Below are positions 37,481 through 47,089 of a stretch of DNA of 56,408 bases, one piece after another (the stretch's first letter is position 1; every line of letters starts with the position of its first letter). Both the position numbers and the translations under genes were made by a program. The notes beneath the pieces are model-generated. The model was not told the origin of the DNA, searched no databases, and saw only the letters and a program-made list of their open reading frames with translations. The DNA comes from Candidatus Parcubacteria bacterium (GTDB lineage Bacteria; Patescibacteriota; Minisyncoccia; Phycocordibacterales; UBA6065), in contig JBDKKJ010000007.1 of assembly GCA_039796155.1 (NCBI GenBank), forward strand, positions 1 through 56,408, written 5' to 3'.

Positions 37481-38932
37481 CTATTTATCCAAATCGAGTG
37501 TTTCGTCGATGCGAATCTGCTCTACGAATTCAGGAACATGAGAAACAAGAATCATGGCACCTTCGTACTCATCGAGTGCTTTGGCGATTATAGGCAAATG
37601 ACGGAAATTGATGTGGTTAGTTGGTTCGTCCAAAATGAGAAGTCCCGGCTTCTGGAGGACAAGTCGTGCAAATGCCACGAGACCCTTCTGTCCTTCTGAA
37701 AGGCTTCCAATCTTTGTATCCATCATATCTGCGTGTATTAAAAATCCTGCTGCGGTTCCACGAATTTGACTCTCTATGTGAGTTGCTGATGCTGATAGGA
37801 GCGATTCGTATACCGTGTCTTCGAAATTGAGTGTAGAAAAGTCTTGTCGGTAATATCCAACGCGAATTCCTTCTGAAATCACCGCTCCAGGATTTTTTCC
37901 TGATGCGAGTGCTTCGAGAAGTGTTGATTTGCCGATGCCATTCGGACCGCGGAGCAATAAATGTTGTTTTCTCTTGAGTTTAATGGCCGCGGTCCGCTTC
38001 GTCGCCTTATGATCTTTAATAACCTGGTACGACGTAATATTCAAAATAACCCCTGTGAAATCAGGCTGTGATGGAATGGTAAAAGGTCGAATAGTTTTAT
38101 CTTCTTTACGTACTTCAACGATATCTTCTTCAAGCTCTTCTGCTTTTTCACGCATGCGTTTTGCGACGAGACGTAACTGCCCTCCTTTATTAGAGAACAT
38201 GTTTGCCTGATCCTTCTTTGCTTGAATTTCCTTTGCAAGGAGTGCGTTGGCACGGTTCTCACGATCAACACGCGCAGTGATATCCTTTAATACATCAAAA
38301 TAGTTTCCAACGTATTGTTCCATCTTTCGAGTGTGTATATCGAGATACAAAACTCCGTCAGAGAATGCGTTCAAAAACTCTGCATCGTGGGAAATAACAA
38401 TAACCGTCTTTTTATACTGCTTAAGAAAGTGTGTGAGATGTTCAATCCCTGCTTTATCCAAATTGTTTGTCGGCTCGTCGAGCAAAAGAATGTCAGGATC
38501 TTGAATAAGTGCTGAAGCAAGAAGAAGGCGCGCCTGCTGCCCCCCTGAAAAAGACTTCACAATGCGGTCGTGCGGCGCTTTAAAATTCACCGCCTCCAAC
38601 ACTGCATCAATTCGTGGATCGATATCGTAAACCTTGTCTTTAAAACATTTTTCAAAGAAAGCGCGAACGGTAAGCTCCATTTCTGGTCGAGGAATAACCT
38701 GGCGAGAGATAGCAATCGTCAAACCATTCACAATAGTGATTGTTCCTGATTCAGGCTTGAGGGTTTTAGTAATAAGTCCGAACAATGTCGACTTACCCGC
38801 CCCGTTTTGTCCCATGATAGTAATCTTTGAACCTCGGCGCACAGAAAAGTCCACCTCATCGAGGATTGGTTTATTGTGTCCGTATTCAAACGACACTTCA
38901 TCAAATCTGAGAACTACATCTCCTTGAGCCAT
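37481..38932 (-). CDS. ABC-F family ATPase (two ABC domains, no TMD)
   Basis: 483 aa. Two Walker A motifs (GQNGAGKST, GPNGIGKST), two signatures (FSGGQQ, LSEGQK) and an inter-domain charged linker. Confidence 0.85.
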   Translation of the reverse strand: MAQGDVVLRFDEVSFEYGHNKPILDEVDFSVRRGSKITIMGQNGAGKSTLFGLITKTLKPESGTITIVNGLTIAISRQVIPRPEMELTVRAFFEKCFKDKVYDIDPRIDAVLEAVNFKAPHDRIVKSFSGGQQARLLLASALIQDPDILLLDEPTNNLDKAGIEHLTHFLKQYKKTVIVISHDAEFLNAFSDGVLYLDIHTRKMEQYVGNYFDVLKDITARVDRENRANALLAKEIQAKKDQANMFSNKGGQLRLVAKRMREKAEELEEDIVEVRKEDKTIRPFTIPSQPDFTGVILNITSYQVIKDHKATKRTAAIKLKRKQHLLLRGPNGIGKSTLLEALASGKNPGAVISEGIRVGYYRQDFSTLNFEDTVYESLLSASATHIESQIRGTAAGFLIHADMMDTKIGSLSEGQKGLVAFARLVLQKPGLLILDEPTNHINFRHLPIIAKALDEYEGAMILVSHVPEFVEQIRIDETLDLDK

Positions 38933-38958
38933 AAGAATCCTAGAGTACCTTATAAAGA

Positions 38959-39498
38959 CTAAAATCGAAAGCGTCGCACTGCTAAACCGCCAATTATGAG
39001 ACCAACTGCTACATAGAGTAATGAAGAAAGAGGTTGTGAGCCTTGTGATGCGTTCTGTGTGCCGGTAGCTGTCCCAGCGCCACGAACCTGAACCAACACA
39101 CCTGTCTCGACGGGAGCATCCGTAGATGGATCAATCATACTAACCTCTACGTCGAAATAATTTTCTTTAGTAAAAGTATGCGTAAAATCAAAATCACCAT
39201 TTGCATCGGTTGTGAAATTCTTTTCAGAAATGACCACGTCGCGTGATTCATCCCCTGTAAAGGTATCAATCACTCGAACGTTCACCGCCATGTTGGCAAG
39301 CTGTTTGTGATTCGTGCGGTCATTGAATCCGAAATAGAATTTCACTTCTTCACCTACGAGAGGTGCTAAAGGAAACTGTTTCAAATAGACCGCCACATTC
39401 CCTGCTTGTTTTTCGATACCTGCGTGAGCAGACACGAATAACGGCAGACAAAGTGTGAGAACACACAGACCGCGTACCAACCGAGAAATATATTTCAT
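38959..39498 (-). CDS. hypothetical secreted protein with C-terminal TM plus Arg-rich anchor
   Basis: 179 aa. Signal peptide and a C-terminal LLYVAVGLIIGGLAVRRFRF. Confidence 0.55.
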   Translation of the reverse strand: MKYISRLVRGLCVLTLCLPLFVSAHAGIEKQAGNVAVYLKQFPLAPLVGEEVKFYFGFNDRTNHKQLANMAVNVRVIDTFTGDESRDVVISEKNFTTDANGDFDFTHTFTKENYFDVEVSMIDPSTDAPVETGVLVQVRGAGTATGTQNASQGSQPLSSLLYVAVGLIIGGLAVRRFRF

Positions 39499-39544
39499 AG
39501 ACCAATCTTAAAGCTTTACCTATCTTTAGGCAAAACTATTGCAC

Positions 39545-41341
39545 CTAGCTTCGAGGACGGAATGAACCGCCTGTTCGAGGCTTGAAACCTCCTGTGCGAG
39601 GACCAGCAGATCGTGGACCTGCGCTTCGTCCTGTGTATGCACCAAGGTTTGGCTTTCGTCCGAACGCTCCGCCTGATCGAGGTGCACGTGATGCACCAAA
39701 AGCTGGACGTGATGAACTTGCGCCAAACGAAGGTCGCGCTGATGACGCTCCATATGATGGGCGTGCTGAGTAAGAAGAAGATGAAGCTGATCGGTATGGA
39801 GCACGTGATGCGCTTGCAGAAGATCCGTATGCTGGTCGAGCTGATGGAGCCCGGTCAGCTGAACCTCCACGGTATGGGGCTCGAGCACCTGCACCCGCGC
39901 CGTATGAAGGACGAGCTGATGATGATGAAGAGAAGCTTCGGTATGGAGCACGTGATGCGCCTCCATATGAAGGTCGTGAAGCACCGTATGATGGACGTGC
40001 TGAATATGAAGAACCTGTGCTTCGTGGAGCCGCACCTTCGCCTACCGTTGAAGTAGATCGTGGAGCACCACCCTTGTATGCCTGATTCGTATTGGTTTTG
40101 AAAGCGCCTCGTGGAGCTGGTCGTCCTCCTCGTCCGCCTCGGCTAAATCCACCTCGGAATGATCGAGGACCCTGAGAGAATCCCATGACCGCACCTTCAT
40201 GGCTCTTTGTTGTAATAGGCTTCTTAATCAATCGTTCGATTGAAGTAATATCGTATTTCTGATCTGGTGTAGCAAATGAAATTGCTTTACCTGACTTTCC
40301 TCCACGACCTGTTCGGCCGATTCGGTGAACGTAATCTTCTGACTGCTCAGGAAGATCGTAGTTAATAACAAGTCCGATGTCTTTAACATCAATACCTCGA
40401 GCAGCGATGTCTGTTGCAGCAAGTACCTGATACTTGTGCTTTTTGAAACCTTCAAGAGCCTCCTTTCGCTGAGCAAGAGTTCGGTTCGAGTGAATTTCAG
40501 ATGCAGTTGTTCCAATATTTCGGAGATCGTGAGCAATATCTTTTGCACCGTGCTTTGTACGGGTAAAGACAAGAACCGGAGTTCCCGCTGGAGTCTCACC
40601 GAGAATCTTTACAAGAAGGTTGAATTTTGCACCACGGCTCACCACGATGATTTCCTGTTCAACGTTTGTAGCAGATGTTCCCGCTGGAGCCATTTCGATA
40701 CGAAGTGGAAGCTGCATGTGTTCAACAGCAAGCTTTGCGATTTCGTTTGGCATAGTCGCAGAGAAAAGGAGTGTCTGACGAGTTGCCGGCACTTTCTTCA
40801 TGATTTCTTTAATCTGTGGAGCGAAACCAATGTCGAACATGTGGTCAGCTTCGTCGAGAACGATTACTGAAACGCGATCGAGTTTGATATTTCCCTGCTG
40901 GAGATGGTCGATGAGACGACCTGGAGTAGCGATAACAATGTTTGGACCTGCACGGAGTTCACGAACCTGTCGTGACATAGAGTCTCCACCAATCAAAACA
41001 GTGCTTCGAATACCAAGAGCATAACCAATCTTTCGAATAGTTTCGTCTACCTGGAGAGCAAGTTCACGTGTTGGGAGGATAACAAGCCCGCGTCCTTCAT
41101 CGTTTGCCAAAAGGCGTTCAATCATAGGAATACCGAAAGCAAGAGTCTTGCCTGTTCCGGTCTGTGCGATACCGATAATGTCCTTACCCTGAATACCAAA
41201 AGGAATAACCTTTGCCTGGATAGGTGTAGGAATAGTAAAGGCGTTCTTTTCAAGAACAGCGAGGATCTTCTCGTTAATACCGAGACTTTTAAAGGTAACA
41301 GCTTCCGGTGAAGCCGTTTCTGGTGTTTTGTGTGTTGTCAT
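39545..41341 (-). CDS. DEAD-box RNA helicase with a roughly 200-aa Arg/Ser/Gly/Pro/Tyr-rich repeat tail
   Basis: 598 aa. Q motif, AQTGTGKT, DEAD, SAT, HRIGRTGR. The tail has repeated SARPSYGAS / RAPYRS units. Confidence 0.9.
   Translation of the reverse strand: MTTHKTPETASPEAVTFKSLGINEKILAVLEKNAFTIPTPIQAKVIPFGIQGKDIIGIAQTGTGKTLAFGIPMIERLLANDEGRGLVILPTRELALQVDETIRKIGYALGIRSTVLIGGDSMSRQVRELRAGPNIVIATPGRLIDHLQQGNIKLDRVSVIVLDEADHMFDIGFAPQIKEIMKKVPATRQTLLFSATMPNEIAKLAVEHMQLPLRIEMAPAGTSATNVEQEIIVVSRGAKFNLLVKILGETPAGTPVLVFTRTKHGAKDIAHDLRNIGTTASEIHSNRTLAQRKEALEGFKKHKYQVLAATDIAARGIDVKDIGLVINYDLPEQSEDYVHRIGRTGRGGKSGKAISFATPDQKYDITSIERLIKKPITTKSHEGAVMGFSQGPRSFRGGFSRGGRGGRPAPRGAFKTNTNQAYKGGAPRSTSTVGEGAAPRSTGSSYSARPSYGASRPSYGGASRAPYRSFSSSSSARPSYGAGAGARAPYRGGSADRAPSARPAYGSSASASRAPYRSASSSSYSARPSYGASSARPSFGASSSRPAFGASRAPRSGGAFGRKPNLGAYTGRSAGPRSAGPRTGGFKPRTGGSFRPRS
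39560..40060 (-). repeat. imperfect tandem coding repeats (low-complexity helicase tail)
   Basis: For example, the 22-nt exact copy CGGTATGGAGCACGTGATGCGC occurs at 39792 and 39940. The region is open in several frames on both strands. Confidence 0.65.
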
Positions 41342-41501
41342 ATATTGATGTGACCCGAGTCCATGAGTAACATAATGACAAGAGATTCAGAGCACTGTTT
41401 CGCCTCATAAAGGAGGTGAATTACTGTTGTGAGAGAATTATAGCACGTATAAAGCAAAATTGCAAGGATTGGGTAAGGTGGTGGTTTTAGGTAGAGGGCA
41501 A

Positions 41502-41531
41502 TAAAAAAGGCGGGGCGCTCCGCGCCCCGCC
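41502..41531 (-). terminator. intrinsic terminator
   Basis: GC-rich stem GGCGGGGCGC/GCGCCCCGCC. On the minus strand it is followed by TTTTTTATT, downstream of the gene ending at 41546. Confidence 0.7.
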
Positions 41532-41545
41532 GACCACCCCTTTCC

Positions 41546-42031
41546 CTATACAGGGTCCGAAAAAGCAACAAATCCATACTGGTTGATCCGATCGTGCTCA
41601 GGATCCCAGGTGTTGGGAATAAGCCCCATCCACTCCGGATACTTCAGAAGTTTCAGAATCAGGTTCGCCAAACCTGGAGAAACCAGGTGTGGCGCCACAA
41701 TCGCCAAACTACACTCAGAGCGCTGAGAGGCATACGGCCCCAGAGCCAGCACTTCACGAATGTCTTTTGGCTGTCGCAGAACAATCCCCTTGGGCACATT
41801 ATCTTGGGCCAAAGGCAATACATCACCAATACGACACTCCATTTGCACACAGGTAATATGCGCAACGACCGTCTTTTTTTCAGCAGAATATGACCGAAAA
41901 TCACGACGCGTCTGCAAGAGTTGCGTCATGCGAGAAGGAGTGTAGCCTCCTTGTTTTATTGCGTTTTCGACACTAAGCCCGTAATCAACCGTTAACCGAA
42001 CTTGAGTTGTAAGTAAAAGAACGTCCGCCAT
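41546..42031 (-). CDS. hypothetical protein
   Basis: ORF trimmed to MADVLLL (ATG 42031); no family recognised. Confidence 0.45.
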   Translation of the reverse strand: MADVLLLTTQVRLTVDYGLSVENAIKQGGYTPSRMTQLLQTRRDFRSYSAEKKTVVAHITCVQMECRIGDVLPLAQDNVPKGIVLRQPKDIREVLALGPYASQRSECSLAIVAPHLVSPGLANLILKLLKYPEWMGLIPNTWDPEHDRINQYGFVAFSDPV

Positions 42032-42111
42032 AAAGAAACCTTTCATGAAAAAACCCAACACCATGTTGAGCTTTTCAAATTGAAATTACAATACTATATA
42101 GGCTGCGTCAA

Positions 42112-42444
42112 CTACTTTGTTATACAGTCAGCAAATGTTGTTACTCCTCGTTCTTCTATAAATGCAGTGTTTCCTTTATTCCAAAATACAATACTTTCAT
42201 CTAGGTTTGTGTACCGAGCACCCGATGCAGAGACTTTTTGCTTAAGAAGAATCGAACGACTGTCAGAAAGCTTGAGTGACACGGCCTCGGGAATAAAGAT
42301 TGCTTGAACAGTTTTTCCTTTAGCACAGGTAAAGGTAAATATTGTTCGAAGGTCAGGAGCCTCGGCACTGCGCCAGATAAGGAAGCTTACCAATATGACA
42401 GCAACGAGCCCTATTACGATGAATATTTTGCGATCTTTTTTCAT
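42112..42444 (-). CDS. MliC-family (lysozyme-inhibitor-like) protein
   Basis: 110 aa. N-terminal TM/signal; SGARYTN....FWNKG..A pattern of MliC. Confidence 0.65.
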   Translation of the reverse strand: MKKDRKIFIVIGLVAVILVSFLIWRSAEAPDLRTIFTFTCAKGKTVQAIFIPEAVSLKLSDSRSILLKQKVSASGARYTNLDESIVFWNKGNTAFIEERGVTTFADCITK

Positions 42445-42453
42445 ATATACATT

Positions 42454-44124
42454 CTATTCCGATTTCTTCTTTGGGGCAAAGCCTAAAATAGCTCGTGCAA
42501 GCCTAATATGAAGGAACGAAACATTTGCCCCTACCTTATTTTTCACCGGAGTGAGCATAACATCATCAGAATCGACGGTCAGTTCTTTAATAGCTTCTTC
42601 GATTTTCTTCCAGTGAGCAGGTGAAATCTCGTAACGAAGATAGGACAAATCCATCTTGGTATCCTCTTCGAGAAGTTTCTCTATGTGAGCCACAATCGTC
42701 TCCTGAGTGATTCCCCTTTCGGTTGCCATCTCTTCAATACTCTTCTTTTCCTCAATGAGTTCGAGGGTTTCTTCAAACGTCGACTGTTTCTTTTCTTTAG
42801 GTTGAGGTTTTATAGTGCTCAAAAATGCCTCCTGTGCCTTTTTTAATTCGCCGGGTTTCATTTCTAAAATATCTGACTCGGCTTCGGCTGACTGATTCTG
42901 TAATTCTGCATCAAATTCGAGAACTTCGTTATGAACCGAAAGAGCTGCTTCATTCATGCCTAAAATAGAGAGCCCTTCGAGAGTTCGCACACGCGAGAGT
43001 GCCACATATCCCATCCCTGGTTCAAAGGCTTTAGACAAATCCACCTCGACAGCATCAAGTGACATACCCTGGCTCTTGTGGACGGTAATAGCCCACGCGA
43101 GACGAAGCGGATACTGTTTGATTTCAGCTTTTACTTTGCCGTCTTCTTCAATCTTCCACGACGCCTTCTCGAGCTTTATTACCTTTCCCAGTGCAGTACG
43201 AATAATTGGGTCCTGATTTTCTTTACACGAAATAACAATACCGAGGGTTCCGTTCACATAACCTTCTTCAAAGTTGTTTTTTACACACATGACGCGGGCG
43301 CCGACTTTGAGGCGGAGGACTTCGGGCGCGAGGCAGGATTTCTTTAGAGTCGCGGCCAGAATATCGCGCCCGATAGAATCCATATAATAGTCGGTCTCTT
43401 CATCGCTCTTGAGCTTTGCCAACTCTTTATCATTGAGTGTGTCTACATCAGCATTATGCGTAAAGAGTCGAGTCGGCTCTATCTCCAACTCTGCCTTTTT
43501 ATTAAACCGAGAAAGCAACAAATCACGCGAACCTTCAGACACATCACCACGACGGATCTCATTTAATATAGAAAGCACGGTGTCGTCCTTTTGACGGAAC
43601 TGTTCAGAGAGGTAGCAGATAGTAAAGTTCGACTCCTTCCACGAATCAGAGGTGTAAATAAATTGTGTAGCTGGTTCACCTTGGCGCGAGACCGGAGGAA
43701 GCTGGAAAAAGTCTCCACACAAAACCACCTGCACTCCCCCGAATGGTTTTGCATTGCCCTTCATTGCTCGCATTACTTTATTCACCAAATCAAAACGGAA
43801 ATGATGGAGCATCGACACTTCGTCGATAATGAGCACACGTACTCGATCGAATCGTTTTGAAAGATATGATTTTTCTGCCATCGCTTCGAGATCGCTTTGA
43901 TTCATGGTCGCAGCAATACCAATCCCCGTCCATGAATGAATCGTCATTCCTCCCATGTGGGTCGCAGCAATACCCGTCGAGGCGGTAATACCAATATCCA
44001 CCCCGTGTTCACGAAGATATTTAATGTACGTATTAATGAGATGTGTCTTTCCTGATCCTGCAGGACCCGTGACGAATACGTTTTTGCCGGTTTTGAGAAT
44101 CTCGAGGGCTTCCTTTTGAGTCAT
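42454..44124 (-). CDS. PIF1/RecD-like superfamily-1 DNA helicase with C-terminal helix-rich domain
   Basis: 556 aa. Walker A GPAGSGKT, LIIDEVSM, CGDFFQLPPV, TVHKSQG motifs. Confidence 0.85.
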   Translation of the reverse strand: MTQKEALEILKTGKNVFVTGPAGSGKTHLINTYIKYLREHGVDIGITASTGIAATHMGGMTIHSWTGIGIAATMNQSDLEAMAEKSYLSKRFDRVRVLIIDEVSMLHHFRFDLVNKVMRAMKGNAKPFGGVQVVLCGDFFQLPPVSRQGEPATQFIYTSDSWKESNFTICYLSEQFRQKDDTVLSILNEIRRGDVSEGSRDLLLSRFNKKAELEIEPTRLFTHNADVDTLNDKELAKLKSDEETDYYMDSIGRDILAATLKKSCLAPEVLRLKVGARVMCVKNNFEEGYVNGTLGIVISCKENQDPIIRTALGKVIKLEKASWKIEEDGKVKAEIKQYPLRLAWAITVHKSQGMSLDAVEVDLSKAFEPGMGYVALSRVRTLEGLSILGMNEAALSVHNEVLEFDAELQNQSAEAESDILEMKPGELKKAQEAFLSTIKPQPKEKKQSTFEETLELIEEKKSIEEMATERGITQETIVAHIEKLLEEDTKMDLSYLRYEISPAHWKKIEEAIKELTVDSDDVMLTPVKNKVGANVSFLHIRLARAILGFAPKKKSE

Positions 44125-44302
44125 AGAGTGATGATACCACGCACGTATAAATAAAAGATAAAAATGGTGATAATCACCGCATTGACTTTATGTATACTTC
44201 GCACTAACATCAATCTCAAGAGCTTGCGATGTACTCTTTTGAGCATACATAGTATCGACGAAGTTGATGGTAAGCTTTCCTGAACACCCCCTCGTGGGGT
44301 GT

Positions 44303-44665
44303 TCAGTGTTTAATAGGAAAGATACTAAAAAAATGTTTCTGACCTTTGTTTATTTGTCGGACAACAAGCTTTATTCTCTGACCTTTTACGACAGCCTGGA
44401 AACCCCAAAAACACGCAACCGTAGAATTAATTCTCGATATCCTATACTCCACAGAAACATCTTGATTGTTAAGGAGATATGCACAATACGGTAAAAGACT
44501 CAGCCTTTCCAATACAGCCCCTCTTGGACGAGGACCTCTGCCTTTACGAAGTAAATGATTAAATCCTTTGATGTTAAAAAACACCTTCTCATTATCAAAA
44601 TAAGGACACAAAATACTTCCAATACTCCTATAAAAATCTTTGTACTCGAGCAGATTCACGCCCAA
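44303..44665 (-). CDS. hypothetical protein (120 aa)
   Basis: ORF only; basic; no family recognised. Confidence 0.4.
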   Translation of the reverse strand: MGVNLLEYKDFYRSIGSILCPYFDNEKVFFNIKGFNHLLRKGRGPRPRGAVLERLSLLPYCAYLLNNQDVSVEYRISRINSTVACFWGFQAVVKGQRIKLVVRQINKGQKHFFSIFPIKH

Positions 44666-44715
44666 CAGTGTACCGAGGCAAGACTAAAGAAAAGATAAAA
44701 AGCTCTCGTCCGTCT

Positions 44716-45291
44716 TTATGCAACCCTTCTCCAAAGAATCGCATAGAGCGTTCCGACAGTGAGAACCAAAACAACAGGATATAGCCAAACTGCAAAACCA
44801 GTGTCGGTACCGAAAGCTACGACGACAAGGTTCAGTGCAACACCGGCGAAAAATAGTGACCACGCGGACTTACTTTCACTTTTTGGATCCTTCCACGCTT
44901 TAGCAATCGTTGGAATATATCCCGTGACGTATACCAGCAGGTTTGCAATCAGCGCAATAAATGCATTCCCGGTGTACCACCACAAAAACAAACTCGATAC
45001 AGAAATAACAAGTGAAACCCTATCTGTCTTTGACCAACCACCCACACCGAAAGGCAGTGCAAGAAAAAATATAATCGTACACCCCACAGCATCGGCAATC
45101 GGTACCCAAACCGCTTCATGAGTGCCGGTTTCTTGAACACCGAACAACAATGATACCGTCGAAAGCGCCCAAATAAACCAGGACGCGCGATTAGGAACAG
45201 TCTTCTTTTGTATCACTTCCCAGATATACGGAATGTAGCCGACGATTAAAAGTATTCCCGCCATAACCGACAGTGTATGTGTAGAAATCAT
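44716..45291 (-). CDS. polytopic membrane protein (PQ-loop-like)
   Basis: 191 aa, six or seven TM helices; weak PQ-loop-like N-terminus (GYIPYIWEVIQKK). Confidence 0.55.
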   Translation of the reverse strand: MISTHTLSVMAGILLIVGYIPYIWEVIQKKTVPNRASWFIWALSTVSLLFGVQETGTHEAVWVPIADAVGCTIIFFLALPFGVGGWSKTDRVSLVISVSSLFLWWYTGNAFIALIANLLVYVTGYIPTIAKAWKDPKSESKSAWSLFFAGVALNLVVVAFGTDTGFAVWLYPVVLVLTVGTLYAILWRRVA

Positions 45292-45357
45292 AGATAAAGT
45301 ATACCAGCTTCATTTTTCGCACCAAATATGCTAATTTCTATGGACAGCGGGAAATAT

Positions 45358-45431
45358 TGCCGGATCGTCTAAAGGCAGGACGTCGCTCTCTGAAAGCGAA
45401 AATTTTGGTTCGATTCCAAGTCCGGCAACCA
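45358..45431 (+). tRNA. tRNA-Gln (anticodon CUG)
   Basis: Hand-folded cloverleaf. Acceptor TGCCGGA/TCCGGCA (U1-A72, as in bacterial tRNA-Gln) and U8. D stem GTCT/GGAC. Anticodon stem TCGCT/AGCGA with loop CTCTGAA. T arm TTTGG-TTCGATT-CCAAG. Discriminator A plus encoded CCA. Confidence 0.85.
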
Positions 45432-45486
45432 GTAAAAAATTCTGTCGCCACTGAAATACTCAGTGTGTTTTTGCGTCATAGCAAGT

Positions 45487-46188
45487 ATGAACAAAAAGAT
45501 ATTAATTATAGGAACAGTTGTCATAATATTGACACTCGGCATAGGATTAACTTTGTATTACTTTCGTGATGATATTGTCGGAGCGGTGCCTACCAATACA
45601 GGCAATACTTCAATCATATATAACAATAATGATTACGGATTCACTTTTTCCCTACCTGCTGATTGGCAAGGGTATTCGATCGTTAAAGAAACATGGATTG
45701 GAAATTCCCTAAAGGCGACGGTTGCACAAAGCGGGTCAAAGCTTCTCATACGAAATCCAAAATGGACAATGTCTGCTCCGTATGAAGATTTACCAATATT
45801 AATTTTCACCAGTTCACAATGGAATGCCTATCTCGCAGGAGATTTCTCTGTATCAGCTGCACCGATTACTGCAACTGAGCTGGGACGTAATAACAAATAT
45901 GTTTTTGCTCTGCCACCACGATGGGATTTTGATTACAGTCTCGACTATAAACAGGCTCAAGATATCATCGCAGGTAATCCACTTCGAGCCTTTAATTTAG
46001 AGACAGTCGACATGTTACAGGGCAAGCTGAATATAAACTTTGTATGCGAACAAGTGTTGACGTATATGAGTTTTGCCGATGCAAAATCCGCGGATGCATT
46101 TGTCGCCGATTGTAAAGAAGGGAAACATCCAGAGGTAATAGAAAAATACAAAGTGGATATGAATCTGGGTGATGGTGCTGAAATATAA
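45487..46188 (+). CDS. hypothetical secreted/membrane-anchored protein
   Basis: 233 aa from MNKKILIIGTVVIILTLG (signal/TM); no family recognised. Confidence 0.55.
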   Translation: MNKKILIIGTVVIILTLGIGLTLYYFRDDIVGAVPTNTGNTSIIYNNNDYGFTFSLPADWQGYSIVKETWIGNSLKATVAQSGSKLLIRNPKWTMSAPYEDLPILIFTSSQWNAYLAGDFSVSAAPITATELGRNNKYVFALPPRWDFDYSLDYKQAQDIIAGNPLRAFNLETVDMLQGKLNINFVCEQVLTYMSFADAKSADAFVADCKEGKHPEVIEKYKVDMNLGDGAEI

Positions 46189-46209
46189 TATGTCTAATAA
46201 TGAAAACAA

Positions 46210-46512
46210 ATGATTACAACTATATTCCAATTTTTCGGAAAACTATTTATTCCTTATCCGGCTTTGTCGCTCATGCCTGCATTAATTCTGGTACTATTTT
46301 ATTTTAAATCAAAAAGTAAGTTTATTCTGACAACTGCTATCGCATGGTTGCTGTACATGGCATACGAAGAACTACATTTATTAAGAATCGTTTGTTCCGG
46401 AGAGTGCAATATAAGGATTGACCTGTTGCTTATCTACCCAATTCTCATCATCTTATCTGTAATTGCGTTGTTTATAGGGATTAAAGATATGACCAAATCT
46501 AGTCATCAGTAA
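46210..46512 (+). CDS. hypothetical small membrane protein (cassette ORF)
   Basis: 100 aa, three hydrophobic helices. The stop is 16 nt before repeat copy R1. Confidence 0.5.
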   Translation: MITTIFQFFGKLFIPYPALSLMPALILVLFYFKSKSKFILTTAIAWLLYMAYEELHLLRIVCSGECNIRIDLLLIYPILIILSVIALFIGIKDMTKSSHQ

Positions 46513-46528
46513 AATCTATTATCAGATA

Positions 46529-46557
46529 GGTTCCAACATCGTCCCACACGGCCAACA
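46529..46557 (+). repeat. 29-nt island direct repeat, copy R1
   Basis: GGTTCCAACATCGTCCCACACGGCCAACA (25/29 identity to the consensus). Confidence 0.85.
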
Positions 46558-46628
46558 TTAAATAGTTGAAGTGTTTGGTCGGGTGATGTCTTAAATTTGT
46601 ACCATTAGCGACGTGTTATAATTTTTTG

Positions 46629-46901
46629 ATGAAAATAATATCAAGCACTTTTTTCGGTCTACTGGTTATTGTAGTAACACTGCTTTTTCTATTCGCTGCA
46701 ATGGGCTTAGGAGGCGGTTTGGGAGGAGCAAATACTGTTGCCTTCTATACAGTTTTGGTATTAGGTGTTCTGAATTTTTCTTTTGCAGTCATTACACCGT
46801 GGTTAAGTAATGCTAAGGACAAAAAGATTGTATATATTTTATGTGCAGTTTCAGTTATTTTACAGGTGCTATCTTTCTTTATCCCTAGCCTGAATTATTA
46901 A
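46629..46901 (+). CDS. hypothetical small membrane protein (cassette ORF)
   Basis: About 90 aa, three hydrophobic helices. The stop is 4 nt before repeat copy R2. Confidence 0.5.
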   Translation: MKIISSTFFGLLVIVVTLLFLFAAMGLGGGLGGANTVAFYTVLVLGVLNFSFAVITPWLSNAKDKKIVYILCAVSVILQVLSFFIPSLNY

Positions 46902-46905
46902 AACG

Positions 46906-46934
46906 GGTTCCAACATCGTCCCAGACCCCCAACA
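46906..46934 (+). repeat. 29-nt island direct repeat, copy R2
   Basis: GGTTCCAACATCGTCCCAGACCCCCAACA; identical to R5. Confidence 0.9.
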
Positions 46935-47057
46935 GTCATGTGAGACCGACCGAGGTCTCCGAAATCGCTAGTGTTTGCAATACATTATCAAGACGAGTCA
47001 TGGGCTCGAACTTTCGCTTGAATTGCTGAAATTGAGATATCCATATTTTGAGCCATC

Positions 47058-47082
47058 TTCCTAGTTCGATTCCAGGTCGGTG
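47058..47082 (+). other. degenerate tRNA 3'-end-like fragment (possible att remnant)
   Basis: TAGTTCGATTCCAGGTCGGTG shares GTTCGATTCCA and GTC.GG with the T-arm/acceptor of the tRNA-Gln at 45407-45427. No full cloverleaf. Confidence 0.35.
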
Positions 47083-47089
47083 TTTTTTC

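Noticed and set aside
39526-40056. Long ORFs in alternative frames on both strands over the helicase tail (169 aa and 147 aa)
   Set aside because: They are artefacts of the tandem coding repeats. Their His/Leu/Met-rich translations have no start context and lie wholly inside the DEAD-box helicase CDS.
41338-41577. 79-aa minus-strand ORF between the helicase and the upstream gene
   Set aside because: It spans a terminator hairpin and the probable helicase promoter region and overlaps the upstream gene's end.
45357-45569. 70-aa plus-strand ORF
   Set aside because: It starts inside the tRNA-Gln gene and overlaps the better-supported ORF starting at 45487.
47058-47082. This fragment and the one at 50093-50116 as functional tRNA genes
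   Set aside because: Only a T-loop-like GTTCGATTCC plus partial acceptor similarity is present. The T stems do not pair, and no acceptor 5' strand, D arm or anticodon arm can be drawn.
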